A stretch of 48,869 nt of DNA from an uncultured Candidatus Rokubacteria bacterium (GTDB lineage Bacteria; Methylomirabilota; Methylomirabilia; Rokubacteriales; DASRDR01), in NCBI GenBank assembly GCA_963708025.1, contig CAVPSB010000038.1:1-48869 (forward strand), written 5' to 3'. The notes under the pieces are model-generated. The model was given only the letters and a program-made list of their open reading frames with translations. It had not been told where the DNA came from and ran no database searches. Within the stretch, counting starts at the first letter, position 1. The number at the start of each line of letters is the position of its first letter. The translations under genes and the position numbers were made by a program. Below, piece after piece: positions 40,597-48,869 of the stretch.

Positions 40597-40866
40597 ATGG
40601 CAACGACGGAGATGCGACGGAGCCGCAACGGCCGGCTGGACGTGGGCGCGGCGTGGGAGAAGACCGGGGCCAGCGGCCAGTTCCTGGCCATGGAGATCGA
40701 CGCCGGCGCCCTGATCGCCGACGGGCTCACCGCGCTCCTGCGCGGGGAGGACCGCGTCACCTACCTCGCGTTCGTCAACGAGAAGAAGCCCGACGGCCGC
40801 GAGGGCCAGCCGGACCACCGGATCGTGCGGCCGCTGCGGCGCCCGGGCCGGGACGACGCCGCCTGA
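40597..40866 (+). CDS. DUF736-like small protein
   Basis: VGAAWEKTG..GQFLAMEID...FVNEKK....QPDHRI, with a GGAGG RBS. Confidence 0.6.
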   Translation: MATTEMRRSRNGRLDVGAAWEKTGASGQFLAMEIDAGALIADGLTALLRGEDRVTYLAFVNEKKPDGREGQPDHRIVRPLRRPGRDDAA

Positions 40867-41006
40867 CGGGTCGCCAGCCTGGTGGCCGGGCCAGGCGGAC
40901 ACGTGGGCTGACGCGGGCCACGGGTCATTTCCTCACGATCAGCTCGTCGGGAGGGCCCGTAGACGTAGCAGCGCCCCGGCGCAATGGCCGGGGGAGGTGT
41001 CCACCG

Positions 41007-41309
41007 ATGATCACGATGATCTGCCACGCCATGGAGGAAGGCGGATTCCTACTGGCCGACCCACTGTGCGAGGCGTGTGAGCGTCCAGTGGCCCAGGACG
41101 GCGTGCTCCGGTGTCATCGCCGGAAGCACGGGCCTGCCTGGCAGCCCACAACAATCGAGACCCGCGTGCGGCTCGTTTGTCTCTGTGCCGACTGCAGGGA
41201 TGATCCGCGCTGGGAGCACTGGCCGCGCATCAGCGTGGAGAAAGAGACGGTCCTCGAACTCATGGGGCAGATCGGCCTCTGCGCGTTCACGGAGGCCGAG
41301 GCTCGCTAA
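41007..41309 (+). CDS. Small Cys-rich (putative Zn-binding) hypothetical protein
   Basis: GGAGGT RBS, with CEAC and CADC pairs. Confidence 0.6.
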   Translation: MITMICHAMEEGGFLLADPLCEACERPVAQDGVLRCHRRKHGPAWQPTTIETRVRLVCLCADCRDDPRWEHWPRISVEKETVLELMGQIGLCAFTEAEAR

Positions 41310-41588
41310 CCCCGAAGCGAAGCGCCCGGCGCCGCTCGGGAACGCGGCCCGGGCTTGGCCCACCAACCCGCACCCGTCGGCAGCGCCGCCAGATAGGCGT
41401 CGAACCCTCCGCGCATACCGTTCGTAGTCGTGGTTGTGGCACGAGCGGTGATGATGCAGGGCCTCCGCTCGAGGAGGTCGTCCGAGGGGTTCCCGCCGAG
41501 CGCCCGGCGCAACCCGCGGGCCGCCGCTTCGGCGGCGCTGGCCGCGGGTTGCCGTGCCCCGATTTTCGGCGCGATGTGACGGCCGATG

Positions 41589-42098
41589 CTACACGGGCGG
41601 CCGCCGCGCCAGCGCCGCCCGGACGGCCTGTACCACGGCATGGAGCGACTGGGGCTTCGGGAGGCGGCCGACGATGTAGAGCCCGTGGTCGAGCACCGGC
41701 TCCTCGTCGAGAAAACCCGAGATGATCAGCACGGGGATCTGCGCGAGGGCCGGGCGCTGGCGGACCAGCTCCAGCACCGCGGTGCCGCCGAGCTCGGGCA
41801 TGCGGAGGTCGAGGATCATCAGGTCGGGGAGCAGCATCCGCAGGCGATCGAGCGCCTCCCCGCCGTCGCGGGCGGACGCGGTCCGATACCCGGCCCGGCG
41901 GAGCGCGGTCGTCCACACGTCGCGGATGACGGGGTCGTCGTCGGCGATCAGGATCCAGGGTGGCGGCAGCGTGAGAGGGGCCCGGCCCGCGACCAAGCCC
42001 GCGGGCGTCGGCGGCGTGGGTCGGGCCTCTATTGGGGCACGGGGTGGGCGCTCGCCAGGCTCGCGATCGACGGGGGCGACGGACCCGGCGGCCATCAT
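41589..42098 (-). CDS. Single-domain response regulator (receiver)
   Basis: ILIADDD, PDLMILDLRMP, ISG, LPKP. Start uncertain. Confidence 0.85.
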   Translation of the reverse strand: MMAAGSVAPVDREPGERPPRAPIEARPTPPTPAGLVAGRAPLTLPPPWILIADDDPVIRDVWTTALRRAGYRTASARDGGEALDRLRMLLPDLMILDLRMPELGGTAVLELVRQRPALAQIPVLIISGFLDEEPVLDHGLYIVGRLPKPQSLHAVVQAVRAALARRPPV

Positions 42099-42295
42099 GG
42101 GGTACGTAGAGGTCACGGTACTGGGTTTCACCGCGGCCCACAAGCGGGGTTCCCCCCGATGAGGAGGGCACATCATCCTCGGGCTTCTGGCGGCGTGGGA
42201 GGCGCTGCGAAAAGCGGGAGGGGGAGGGCCGACCCGGAGTGCTTGCTGGAGTAACTTCCCATGTAGGAATTGGCGGGTCCCGGTCAGTGGTTTGC

Positions 42296-42709
42296 ATGCG
42301 ATCCACAGACCCACACCGCCGGCCCCTCGATGAGGTGGGACGGTCCCTCATGGCGTCAGCGCAGGCCATCCAGCAGACGACCAGTGCGGACCGGGATCGG
42401 CTCGTGGGCCTCCTCCATCAGGCCCGGGCGGCGCTCTCAACGGCCGCCGCGGCGGTGGCCGGGCCCGCCGGCGGGACGGCCCCCGCCGCCCTCGCCGCCT
42501 GGCTCCACGACCTGGGTTCGCCCGTCACCGCGATCGTGGGATGGGCGCGGATGCTCGAGCCGGCAGGCGACCCGGCGATCCAGGCCCGCGCCGTCGAGGC
42601 GATCGACCGGAACGCGAAGCTGCTGACGGAACTCCTGGGCAATCCGCCGGTCTGGCCGGGCGGCGTGCGCAGCGGGGAGCCAGAAGCCGGGGAGCCAGAA
42701 GCCGCGTAA
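42296..42709 (+). CDS. HisKA (dimerisation/phospho-acceptor) domain-only protein
   Basis: LHDLGSPVTAIVGWARML...AVEAIDRNAKLLTELL, with no HATPase domain. Confidence 0.65.
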   Translation: MRSTDPHRRPLDEVGRSLMASAQAIQQTTSADRDRLVGLLHQARAALSTAAAAVAGPAGGTAPAALAAWLHDLGSPVTAIVGWARMLEPAGDPAIQARAVEAIDRNAKLLTELLGNPPVWPGGVRSGEPEAGEPEAA

Positions 42710-42975
42710 CGGAGGCGTCCGACGCCGCCATCAGAGCCCGGCCGTCATCCTGACGACCTTTCGCTGAGAGGCTCGCACGGCGCCCAACGCCGCGCGTCGA
42801 GACACCGTCAGGCGAGCCGCGGCGGCGGCCGAGTTGTCGCGGCACCGATGGCGTGAGCGGGGAGGATGCCGAGCGCCTGACGGTACGGTCCAAGACCACA
42901 GAATGGTCCGTCTGGCTGAAGAAGTACGTCGCGGTCTTCGGCCCGGGTCCGCTGAGGTATTGCGGAGGGATCTCG

Positions 42976-44520
42976 ATGAGCCGACCGGCCCGGATTCTCG
43001 TGATCGACGACGACGCTGAGATGTGCGAGGCCTTGAGCGTCGTGCTGCAGACGGCCGGATACGCGGTGGAGACGGCGACGTCGGGGCGAGCCGGCCTGGG
43101 AGCCTTTCGTCACCACCCCTGTGATGCCGCGCTCGTCGATCTCCGGCTCCCGGATGTGTCGGGGTTGGACGTGCTGCGGGCGATCAAGAGCATGGCCTCC
43201 ACGACCGACGTCATCCTCATGACCGGCTATGGCACGCTGCCGACGGCCGTCCAGGCACTGGACCACGAGGCGGCGGGCTATCTGCAGAAGCCGGTGACCA
43301 TGGATCACCTGTTGGCAACGCTGGATCGGGTCCTGGCGCGGCGACGGGCGGAGGCGGCCGCGACCGCGTTGGCCGAGGTGGGACATGAGCTCGTGGGCAC
43401 CTTGGAACTGGCCCAGGTGACCGATCGGATCGCGGCCATCGTGCTGCGGCTCTTCGAGGGGCGGCGAGCCGCCGTGTACCGATACGATGCCGCCAAGCGG
43501 GAGCTGCAGTGCGTCGCGATCGCGGGGGAAGGGGTGTCGGCCGCCTGGGTCGGGCGGGCGCTCCGACTAGGGCAAGGCCTGGCGGGGCGCGCCATCGAGG
43601 CAGGGCAGCCGGTCTGGAGCGGCGACGTGCTCACCGACGCGCGAGTCACCCTGCCAGCCTGGTTGCGGCAGCAACTGGAGGAGGAAGGGCTCCGAGCCGC
43701 GATGGCGGTGCCGGTGGTCGATCACGGCGAGGCGCTCGGCGCGCTGACGGTCGCGGACGTCGCGGGCCGGCAGTTCACGGCCGAGGAGCTGCGGCTGATC
43801 GTCGCCTTTGCGGATCAAGCCGCACTGGCCATCCGAAACGCCAAGCTCTACGAAGATGTCCGCCACACCCGGGATTTCCTGCAGTCCATCGCCGAGAATT
43901 CCGCGGATGCGATTGTCACGACCGACCTGCGCGGACGTCTCACCTACGTGAGCCCGGGTGCGGAGGCCACGTTCGGGTATCCGGCGGATGAGGTCATCGG
44001 TCGGCCCGTCGCCCAGTTTTACCGATCTGGGCGCGGAGAGGCCCGGGCAGTGGCGGCACGGCTTCGCGTGGAGGGCCACCTACAAAACTATGAGACCACC
44101 CTCCAGGCCAAGGATGGCCGATGGGTGCCGGTGAGTGCCTCGCTGTCCTTACTCCGGGATGTGGACCGGCGGGTCATCGGCACGTTGGGGGTCCTCAAAG
44201 ACATGACGACCCGGGAGGCGGCGGAGATGGCGCGGCAGGAAGCGCGCGAGCTTCGGGCGGTGACGCTCCTCGCGGCAGGGGTGGCGCACGAGGTCAACAA
44301 CCCGCTCGCCGTCATCGTCGGACAGCTCGAACTCCTGGCCTTAGATCTCCCGAAGGACGGGGAGGCGGCGCGGCGGATCGGGCGGGCCGTGGCGGCGGCG
44401 GAGGACATTCGGACGATCGTCACGCGGATGAGACACATTACCCGCATCCAGGCCGCGCCGGCGGACGCGCAGATTCCTCCGATTCTGGACATTCAGCGGT
44501 CGAGTGAGACGATCATGTGA
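42976..44520 (+). CDS. REC-GAF-PAS-HisKA signalling protein lacking the ATPase domain
   Basis: ILVIDDD/VDLRLPD/QKP, a GAF ending FADQAALAIRNAKLY, PAS (ADAIVTTD..G...YVSPGAE..FGY), H-box AHEVNNPL, then a short tail and stop. GGAGG RBS. Confidence 0.9.
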   Translation: MSRPARILVIDDDAEMCEALSVVLQTAGYAVETATSGRAGLGAFRHHPCDAALVDLRLPDVSGLDVLRAIKSMASTTDVILMTGYGTLPTAVQALDHEAAGYLQKPVTMDHLLATLDRVLARRRAEAAATALAEVGHELVGTLELAQVTDRIAAIVLRLFEGRRAAVYRYDAAKRELQCVAIAGEGVSAAWVGRALRLGQGLAGRAIEAGQPVWSGDVLTDARVTLPAWLRQQLEEEGLRAAMAVPVVDHGEALGALTVADVAGRQFTAEELRLIVAFADQAALAIRNAKLYEDVRHTRDFLQSIAENSADAIVTTDLRGRLTYVSPGAEATFGYPADEVIGRPVAQFYRSGRGEARAVAARLRVEGHLQNYETTLQAKDGRWVPVSASLSLLRDVDRRVIGTLGVLKDMTTREAAEMARQEARELRAVTLLAAGVAHEVNNPLAVIVGQLELLALDLPKDGEAARRIGRAVAAAEDIRTIVTRMRHITRIQAAPADAQIPPILDIQRSSETIM

Positions 44521-44887
44521 GCTCGAAGGGTCTTCTTACTGGGGCGGAGCACATCCAACCTCGGCGGGAGCCGATTGTCATCGCCCTGAATTTGCCAGTC
44601 GGTATCCATTCCTCAAGCCCCGACCGGAGGCGAAGGGGTGCGCCCGAGTGTTGCTGAACCGGCGGGTCAACGCCGTCTTACGGACGATCCCGACGCCGAT
44701 TGATACTTCTATGGGGAGGCCTCAAAACTTGCGGCCGGCCAAACTGAGAGATATCCGAAGGGCCGGCCTGAATCTCACCGGCGCTTGCTCAGCGCACCCT
44801 GACAACGAGGACGAGAACGAACGGTGAAGACGACGCCTGATCCAGTGACCCCGCGAGCTCGCCCAGCGTCCCCGCATCCTCTTCACC

Positions 44888-45170
44888 ATGCTCACGGCGC
44901 TCGCCTTCCGCCACCCGCCCGGCCACGAGCCGCCGCTGATCCGTCGCCCTCCGCCAGTGGCTCGGCGGCTGGCCCGGGATCGGCCGCATCACGCCGGCAT
45001 GGCGCGCCAGCAGTAGACCTCCAGCTCACGCGGTACGGCCAGGAGGGGTGGCGGGCGACGTTCTACCCGGCCGGGATCGCCCATTCGCTGACGCCGATGG
45101 TGGGGTCGGCCTGGACGCGAGAGCCGTGGACGGCGGTCCAGCGGGCGGCGTGAGAGGCGTCGCGGCGGCG
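44888..45170 (+). pseudogene. Degraded copy of a small hypothetical-protein family (W..W.GIG...DLQLTRY...GWRATFY)
   Basis: QWLGGWPGIGRI / GMARQ / DLQLTRYGQEGWRATFY...SAWTREPWTAVQRAA*, spread across frameshifts. Confidence 0.55.
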
Positions 45171-45187
45171 GAGGGGGAAGGGGGGAC

Positions 45188-45397
45188 ATCGAGGCGCTGT
45201 CGAAGGACTTCGACCCGGAGCAGTACAAGGACGAGTATCGGGAGACTCTCGGGACCATCATCCGGGCGAAGGCGGAGGGACAGGACATTCAGGTACCCGA
45301 GGCGGCGCCCGCCCCGCCAAAGACGGCTGACCTGATGGAGGCTCTCCGGCGGTCGGTCGAGCAGGCCCGCAAGCCGCCGGCCAGGGTGGAGCCTTAG
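45188..45397 (+). pseudogene. ku: C-terminal fragment of NHEJ Ku protein (not in the ORF track)
   Basis: IEALSKDFDPEQYKDEYRETLGTIIRAKAEG...ADLMEALRRSVEQ, with no start or N-terminal region. Confidence 0.85.
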
Positions 45398-45575
45398 GCC
45401 ACCCGTCCCGCGGTGGCAATCACGCGATTGGACGAGCGGAAGCGGGCGGCAGTCAGAAGGCGGCGGGGCGCGGGCTAGTCCAGCGCCGCAGGCTCAGCTC
45501 GGTCGCAGGACACCAAGGACCTACCGGGCGGTCGGCCACGATGGCGTCGTGATAGGTCCATCGCGGACTGAGCCG

Positions 45576-45836
45576 TTACTTCTTGACCGTGAAAGACTCC
45601 TTGATGTTCTCGCCGCTGAACTTGGCACCTTCCACGATGGTGTGGCCGATGCCCGTGAACATTTCCTTGAACCCGGGACCGACCTGACCCTGGCCGATCT
45701 GTTTGGCGCCCCGTTCGACCCGCTTGGTCGCCTGGTCCACCTTAGTTCTGTCGGCGGCGCTGGCGGTCCCGCAGAAAAGAGCCAGGGCTGCGAGGACCCC
45801 GGGAGCGATCCACATTAGGCGAAGTCTCCGTGTCAT
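45576..45836 (-). CDS. Small exported hypothetical protein
   Basis: Signal peptide ending ASA|AD, a GGAGG RBS and an amphipathic mature part. Confidence 0.75.
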   Translation of the reverse strand: MTRRLRLMWIAPGVLAALALFCGTASAADRTKVDQATKRVERGAKQIGQGQVGPGFKEMFTGIGHTIVEGAKFSGENIKESFTVKK

Positions 45837-45983
45837 GACGCACCTCCGTCAGTGCGTTTGGCTCACAGATCTGTGCTACCACGAGCTTGGTCCAGCGGCG
45901 CGATTACGACAAACGCCCTGCCCGCGCCCAGAGTCTCCCGCTCTGGCTCGGGCAGCGGCGAGTGAACCAAGGGGACGGCTGCG

Positions 45984-46505
45984 CTACGCGGCGCGCCGAG
46001 CTGCGATGGACGGGAGGACGGACAACCGATCCTCGACTTCCACGTCCCGCGCATACTGGGCGAACCGCGTGGCCTCCTGCCGGACGATGTGGAGGGCTCG
46101 CTCCCTCATTTCGGGGCTCGGCACGCTGCCCATGACCTCGACCTTCACGGGCGACCCCTTCCGCATGGGCACGCGAACCGTTGGGATGACGGCCGCGCCG
46201 CGGAGCAGCGGATCCGTCAACAGCGCGTCTCCAAGCCAGGCTTGGAGGGTCAGACCTGCCTCTTCTCTCCGGCGCCGCACGTCGTGCACCTTGACGATGG
46301 CGCCGAAGATGACGAGCACCGCGACGAAGACCCCGACCATGATCAGGGCCCCGCTGCCGCCGTCCGCCGGCGGTGTCCCGGATGGGAGCGGGGCCGGGCT
46401 CGGGATGCCCTGCGCCAGGGCCGGGGTGACGAAAAGATCGCGCAGGAGCACCGAAAGCCCGTTCAGGAACGCGACGATCCCGAGGCCAGACCCTCCTGTT
46501 ATCAC
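45984..46505 (-). CDS. Membrane protein with a BON-like C-terminal domain
   Basis: AAGGAGGT RBS before GTG 46505, a TM segment, DALLTDPLL...VEVMGSVPSPEMRERALHIV...VEDRLSV. Confidence 0.7.
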   Translation of the reverse strand: MITGGSGLGIVAFLNGLSVLLRDLFVTPALAQGIPSPAPLPSGTPPADGGSGALIMVGVFVAVLVIFGAIVKVHDVRRRREEAGLTLQAWLGDALLTDPLLRGAAVIPTVRVPMRKGSPVKVEVMGSVPSPEMRERALHIVRQEATRFAQYARDVEVEDRLSVLPSIAARRAA

Positions 46506-46549
46506 TCCGACACCTCCTTCCCTCCCCGGAGAGTGCAAAGCATGTAGTC

Positions 46550-46951
46550 ATGCAAAGAACGTTCCGGCAGTTGACCGCCACCGGGTTTATCGTGACGGCC
46601 ATGGAAGGCCTGGCGGCCGAGCACTACCGGCGGGTGATCAGCGAGAAGACCCGGGACGCGCTGGCTCAGCTCCGGGCCAAGGGCCGGCACGTGTCGCGGT
46701 GGGCACCCTACGGGTGGCGCTTTGGATCGGGTGGACGGTTGGTGGCCGTTCCCCCGGAGGGCGCTACGCTGGTCAGGATCGGGGAGTTGGCCGCGTCAGG
46801 TCTCTCGCTCCGTGGTATCTCCCGGACCCTCGCGGCGGAGGGGATTGCCGCCCGAAATGGATCTCCCTTTCGCGCCAAGGTGCTCCTCGGCATCATTCGC
46901 AGGCAGCCAGTCATCGAGAGGATGGTGGCATTGGCTCGACCGCGACATTGA
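46550..46951 (+). pseudogene. Serine recombinase fragment lacking the catalytic N-terminus
   Basis: AAEHYRRVISEKTRDALAQLRAKG...APYGW...GLSLRGISRTLAAEG. Confidence 0.8.
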
Positions 46952-47257
46952 TGAGCCGATACGTAACTTCGCTTTCAGTGCGGTCCGACGGCATCCTGAG
47001 CGAGTCTTTCGACACGAAGACCAAGTAGCGATACTGAGTCAGCTCCAGGCCGCCTAGAACGCCCAACGAGTATCGAGACGCCTGCTCTAGGGCCTGCTCG
47101 ATCCTGGCATCCAGGTCTGTGGGCTTGGGAACGAGCTTTCATTCAGTGAGCACGAGGGCCTCGGCGGTTCTCTCGACGTCTGGCAGGTTCAGCGGCTCGC
47201 CGAGTATGAGGTCGGTCCGTTCACCTTCCCCGCAAACTTGAAGGCCCATATTCCATG
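46911..47257 (-). pseudogene. Fragment of a putative PD-(D/E)XK-like protein (not in the ORF track)
   Basis: HGIWAFK / GERTDLILGEP...LVLTE*KLV...QASRYSLG...YRYLVFVS. In-frame TGA at 47141-47139, stop at 46913-46911. Confidence 0.5.
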
Positions 47258-47600
47258 CTATGCGTTCGCCGCGACCGTCTCGTAGAGCGCGTCGAGCTCG
47301 GGCTGAAACGCGAGCAAGGCAGCCAGGCGTTGGACCATGGATCGAAAATGGTTGGCTTCAGCCAGTGTCAAGGGGCGGCCCTCGCGTCTGCTCGCCTGCC
47401 GGTAGCCCAGCCACTTCTTTAGCACGGGGTAGCCGCCCAGCTCGAAACGCCACACCGACTGCGGCACGTTCGCAAAGCAGATCTCGGGATTGATGTACAG
47501 GTCGCCCGTGGCCGGGCCCCACTGCCGAAGCGCGGGCTCTCTCTCGGCGTGCGCCCGCGGCCGGTAGTCACCCTTCGCGGCACCGTAGTAGCTCGCCGTG
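47258..47600 (-). pseudogene. Type ISP restriction-modification enzyme C-terminal specificity-domain fragment
   Basis: TGDLYINPEICFANVPQSVWRFELGGYPVLKKWLGYR...GRPLT..E..HF..MVQRLAALL. Confidence 0.75.
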
Positions 47601-47794
47601 ACCACGAGGTCCCGCTCCGCGACCGTTGCGCCCCCGTCCCGCCGCAGGGCGCCGAGCGTCGCATGGAGGATGGCCATGGCGCTCCGGAAGAGCTGCCCGA
47701 CCAACGCCAGCGCCGCCTCATCGGTGAGGTCGCCGCGCAGGTCCCAGGCCCCGGCCAACGCCCGCCACGCAGCCTCGTGTAAATTCGCCCGCGG

Positions 47795-47905
47795 CGCGGA
47801 CAGCAGAAGTCCGATCCGGTAGACCCGGCCCGCCTGTTGCGCCTCGGCGGCAAGCGGCGTGGTGAGCAGGGCAAGGGAGACAAGGGCGACGGCCAGGCGC
47901 CTCAT
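47795..47905 (-). pseudogene. N-terminal fragment of an ABC-transporter substrate-binding protein
   Basis: MRRLAVALVSLALLTTPLAAEAQQAGRVYRIGLL, with a GGAGGT RBS. Similarity ends after ~37 codons. Confidence 0.75.
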
Positions 47906-47964
47906 GGGTCACCTCCCGATGGCCGGGATGCTACGCCGGGCGGCCCAGCGGGTCAACGGCGCGG

Positions 47965-48303
47965 TCACTTCCCCTTCGCCCCGAGCACCCGCTCCACCAG
48001 CCCCGCCCGCGCCCGCGCCACCGAGTTCCGCGCCAGCAGCCCCACCATGGCGTCCACAAGGTCGTCCAGCTCCGTCGGCGGATCCGCCCGCAGCGTGCCG
48101 CTCCCCGCCACGACGCGCGCCACCACGGACTCGAGGAGCTCGTCGAGCTGGCCCTCGGTCGCGATCGCGCCGTCGCCGGCGGGGAGGACCGCGGCGAGCA
48201 ACCGGGCGACGTGGGCGTGGACGGCGGACGCCAGGCCGGGGAAGCGGGTGACAATCGTGCCGAGGGTGGCGCGCTCGGCGGGGGTCAGGGGGGAGTCGAT
48301 CAT
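47965..48303 (-). CDS. Hypothetical protein
   Basis: 112-aa helical ORF MIDSPLTPAERATL..., with GC-rich third codon positions. Confidence 0.5.
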   Translation of the reverse strand: MIDSPLTPAERATLGTIVTRFPGLASAVHAHVARLLAAVLPAGDGAIATEGQLDELLESVVARVVAGSGTLRADPPTELDDLVDAMVGLLARNSVARARAGLVERVLGAKGK

Positions 48304-48343
48304 GGAAGCCGGACGAACACGGTGTGGTGGCGTTGGGCGAGGC

Positions 48344-48690
48344 TCACACCAGCGACCGGAGCAGGCGCAGCACGAGCGCCCGACGGCTGGCGTCCCGCCA
48401 CACGGCGCGCAGCAGAGCCGCGGCCTCCTCCCACGCCGTCCTGGAGCCAGTGCGGCGCGGGGCCATCGCGCAGGGCCTCGACGCTCACCCCGCCGGCGGC
48501 CGCGATGCGCCGGAGGGTGGCCGCTCGCGGGAGACGTGTGGCCGCGCTCGTAGGCGATGACCGTGTTCCGGCTGACGCCGATCCGGGTCGCGAAGGCGCC
48601 TTGGGCCAGGCCGAGATGGACGCGGATCAGCGCGATGCGGTCGGGCAGTCCGAGGGCGCCGCTTCTCCGGGCGTTCCGCTGGGCCCCCAT
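48344..48690 (-). pseudogene. XRE-family HTH transcriptional regulator, frameshifted
   Basis: RIALIRVHLGLAQGAFATRIGVSRNTVIAYERG, continuing in other frames as ATLRRIAAAGGVSVEAL and AWEEAAALLRAVW. Confidence 0.7.
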
Positions 48691-48869
48691 CGCCGGTCCC
48701 GCCTGTCAGGGCGCACGCGGTGGGCTGCGCCTCTCGGTCAACGGCCATGTCAGTCGGATCACGGTGCGAGCTCTTCGAGAGCTTTACGCTTGCACCAATC
48801 CGGTGCTCTAGCCCCGGCACTCCCCCCGAAGCTGCTCACGCGGCTGATCGAGAGTGTCGGTCGCGCCCT

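Overview
GC-rich bacterial window. Several small-protein families suggest Candidatus Rokubacteria/Methylomirabilota, but that is an inference. (1) 1-7800, decayed accessory region: two tRNA 3'-end (att-like) fragments, recombinase/XRE/phage-terminase remnants, an intact Na,K-ATPase-like P-type ATPase, and an IS630 remnant interrupted by an intact rve-integrase IS with TG..CA ends. (2) 7837-22762, minus-strand housekeeping block: MFS, ugd, UDP-glucuronate decarboxylase carrying a 461-aa LAGLIDADG intein, Trm112-like, NDP-sugar pyrophosphorylase, phosphomannomutase, lepA, lepB, hemW, hrcA, grpE, dnaJ (no dnaK). (3) 23313-27894: a tandem acyl-CoA dehydrogenase pair, then a two-gene operon of a membrane-anchored peptidoglycan amidase and a MamK-type actin, with no other magnetosome gene nearby. 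(4) 28470-37090: an mdtABC/outer-membrane-factor operon collapsed by internal deletions, a TPR protein and an OmpR-family two-component system. Six intergenic clusters of TCA/TGA at exact 11-bp spacing frame this block. (5) 37200-48869: NUDIX and MBL hydrolases, small hypothetical proteins, an orphan pseudopilin, signalling proteins lacking a kinase domain, and a mosaic of gene fragments (Ku, serine recombinase, PD-(D/E)XK-like, type ISP R-M, XRE). Best leads: the amidase-MamK operon, the intein, and the 11-bp-periodic regulatory motif.
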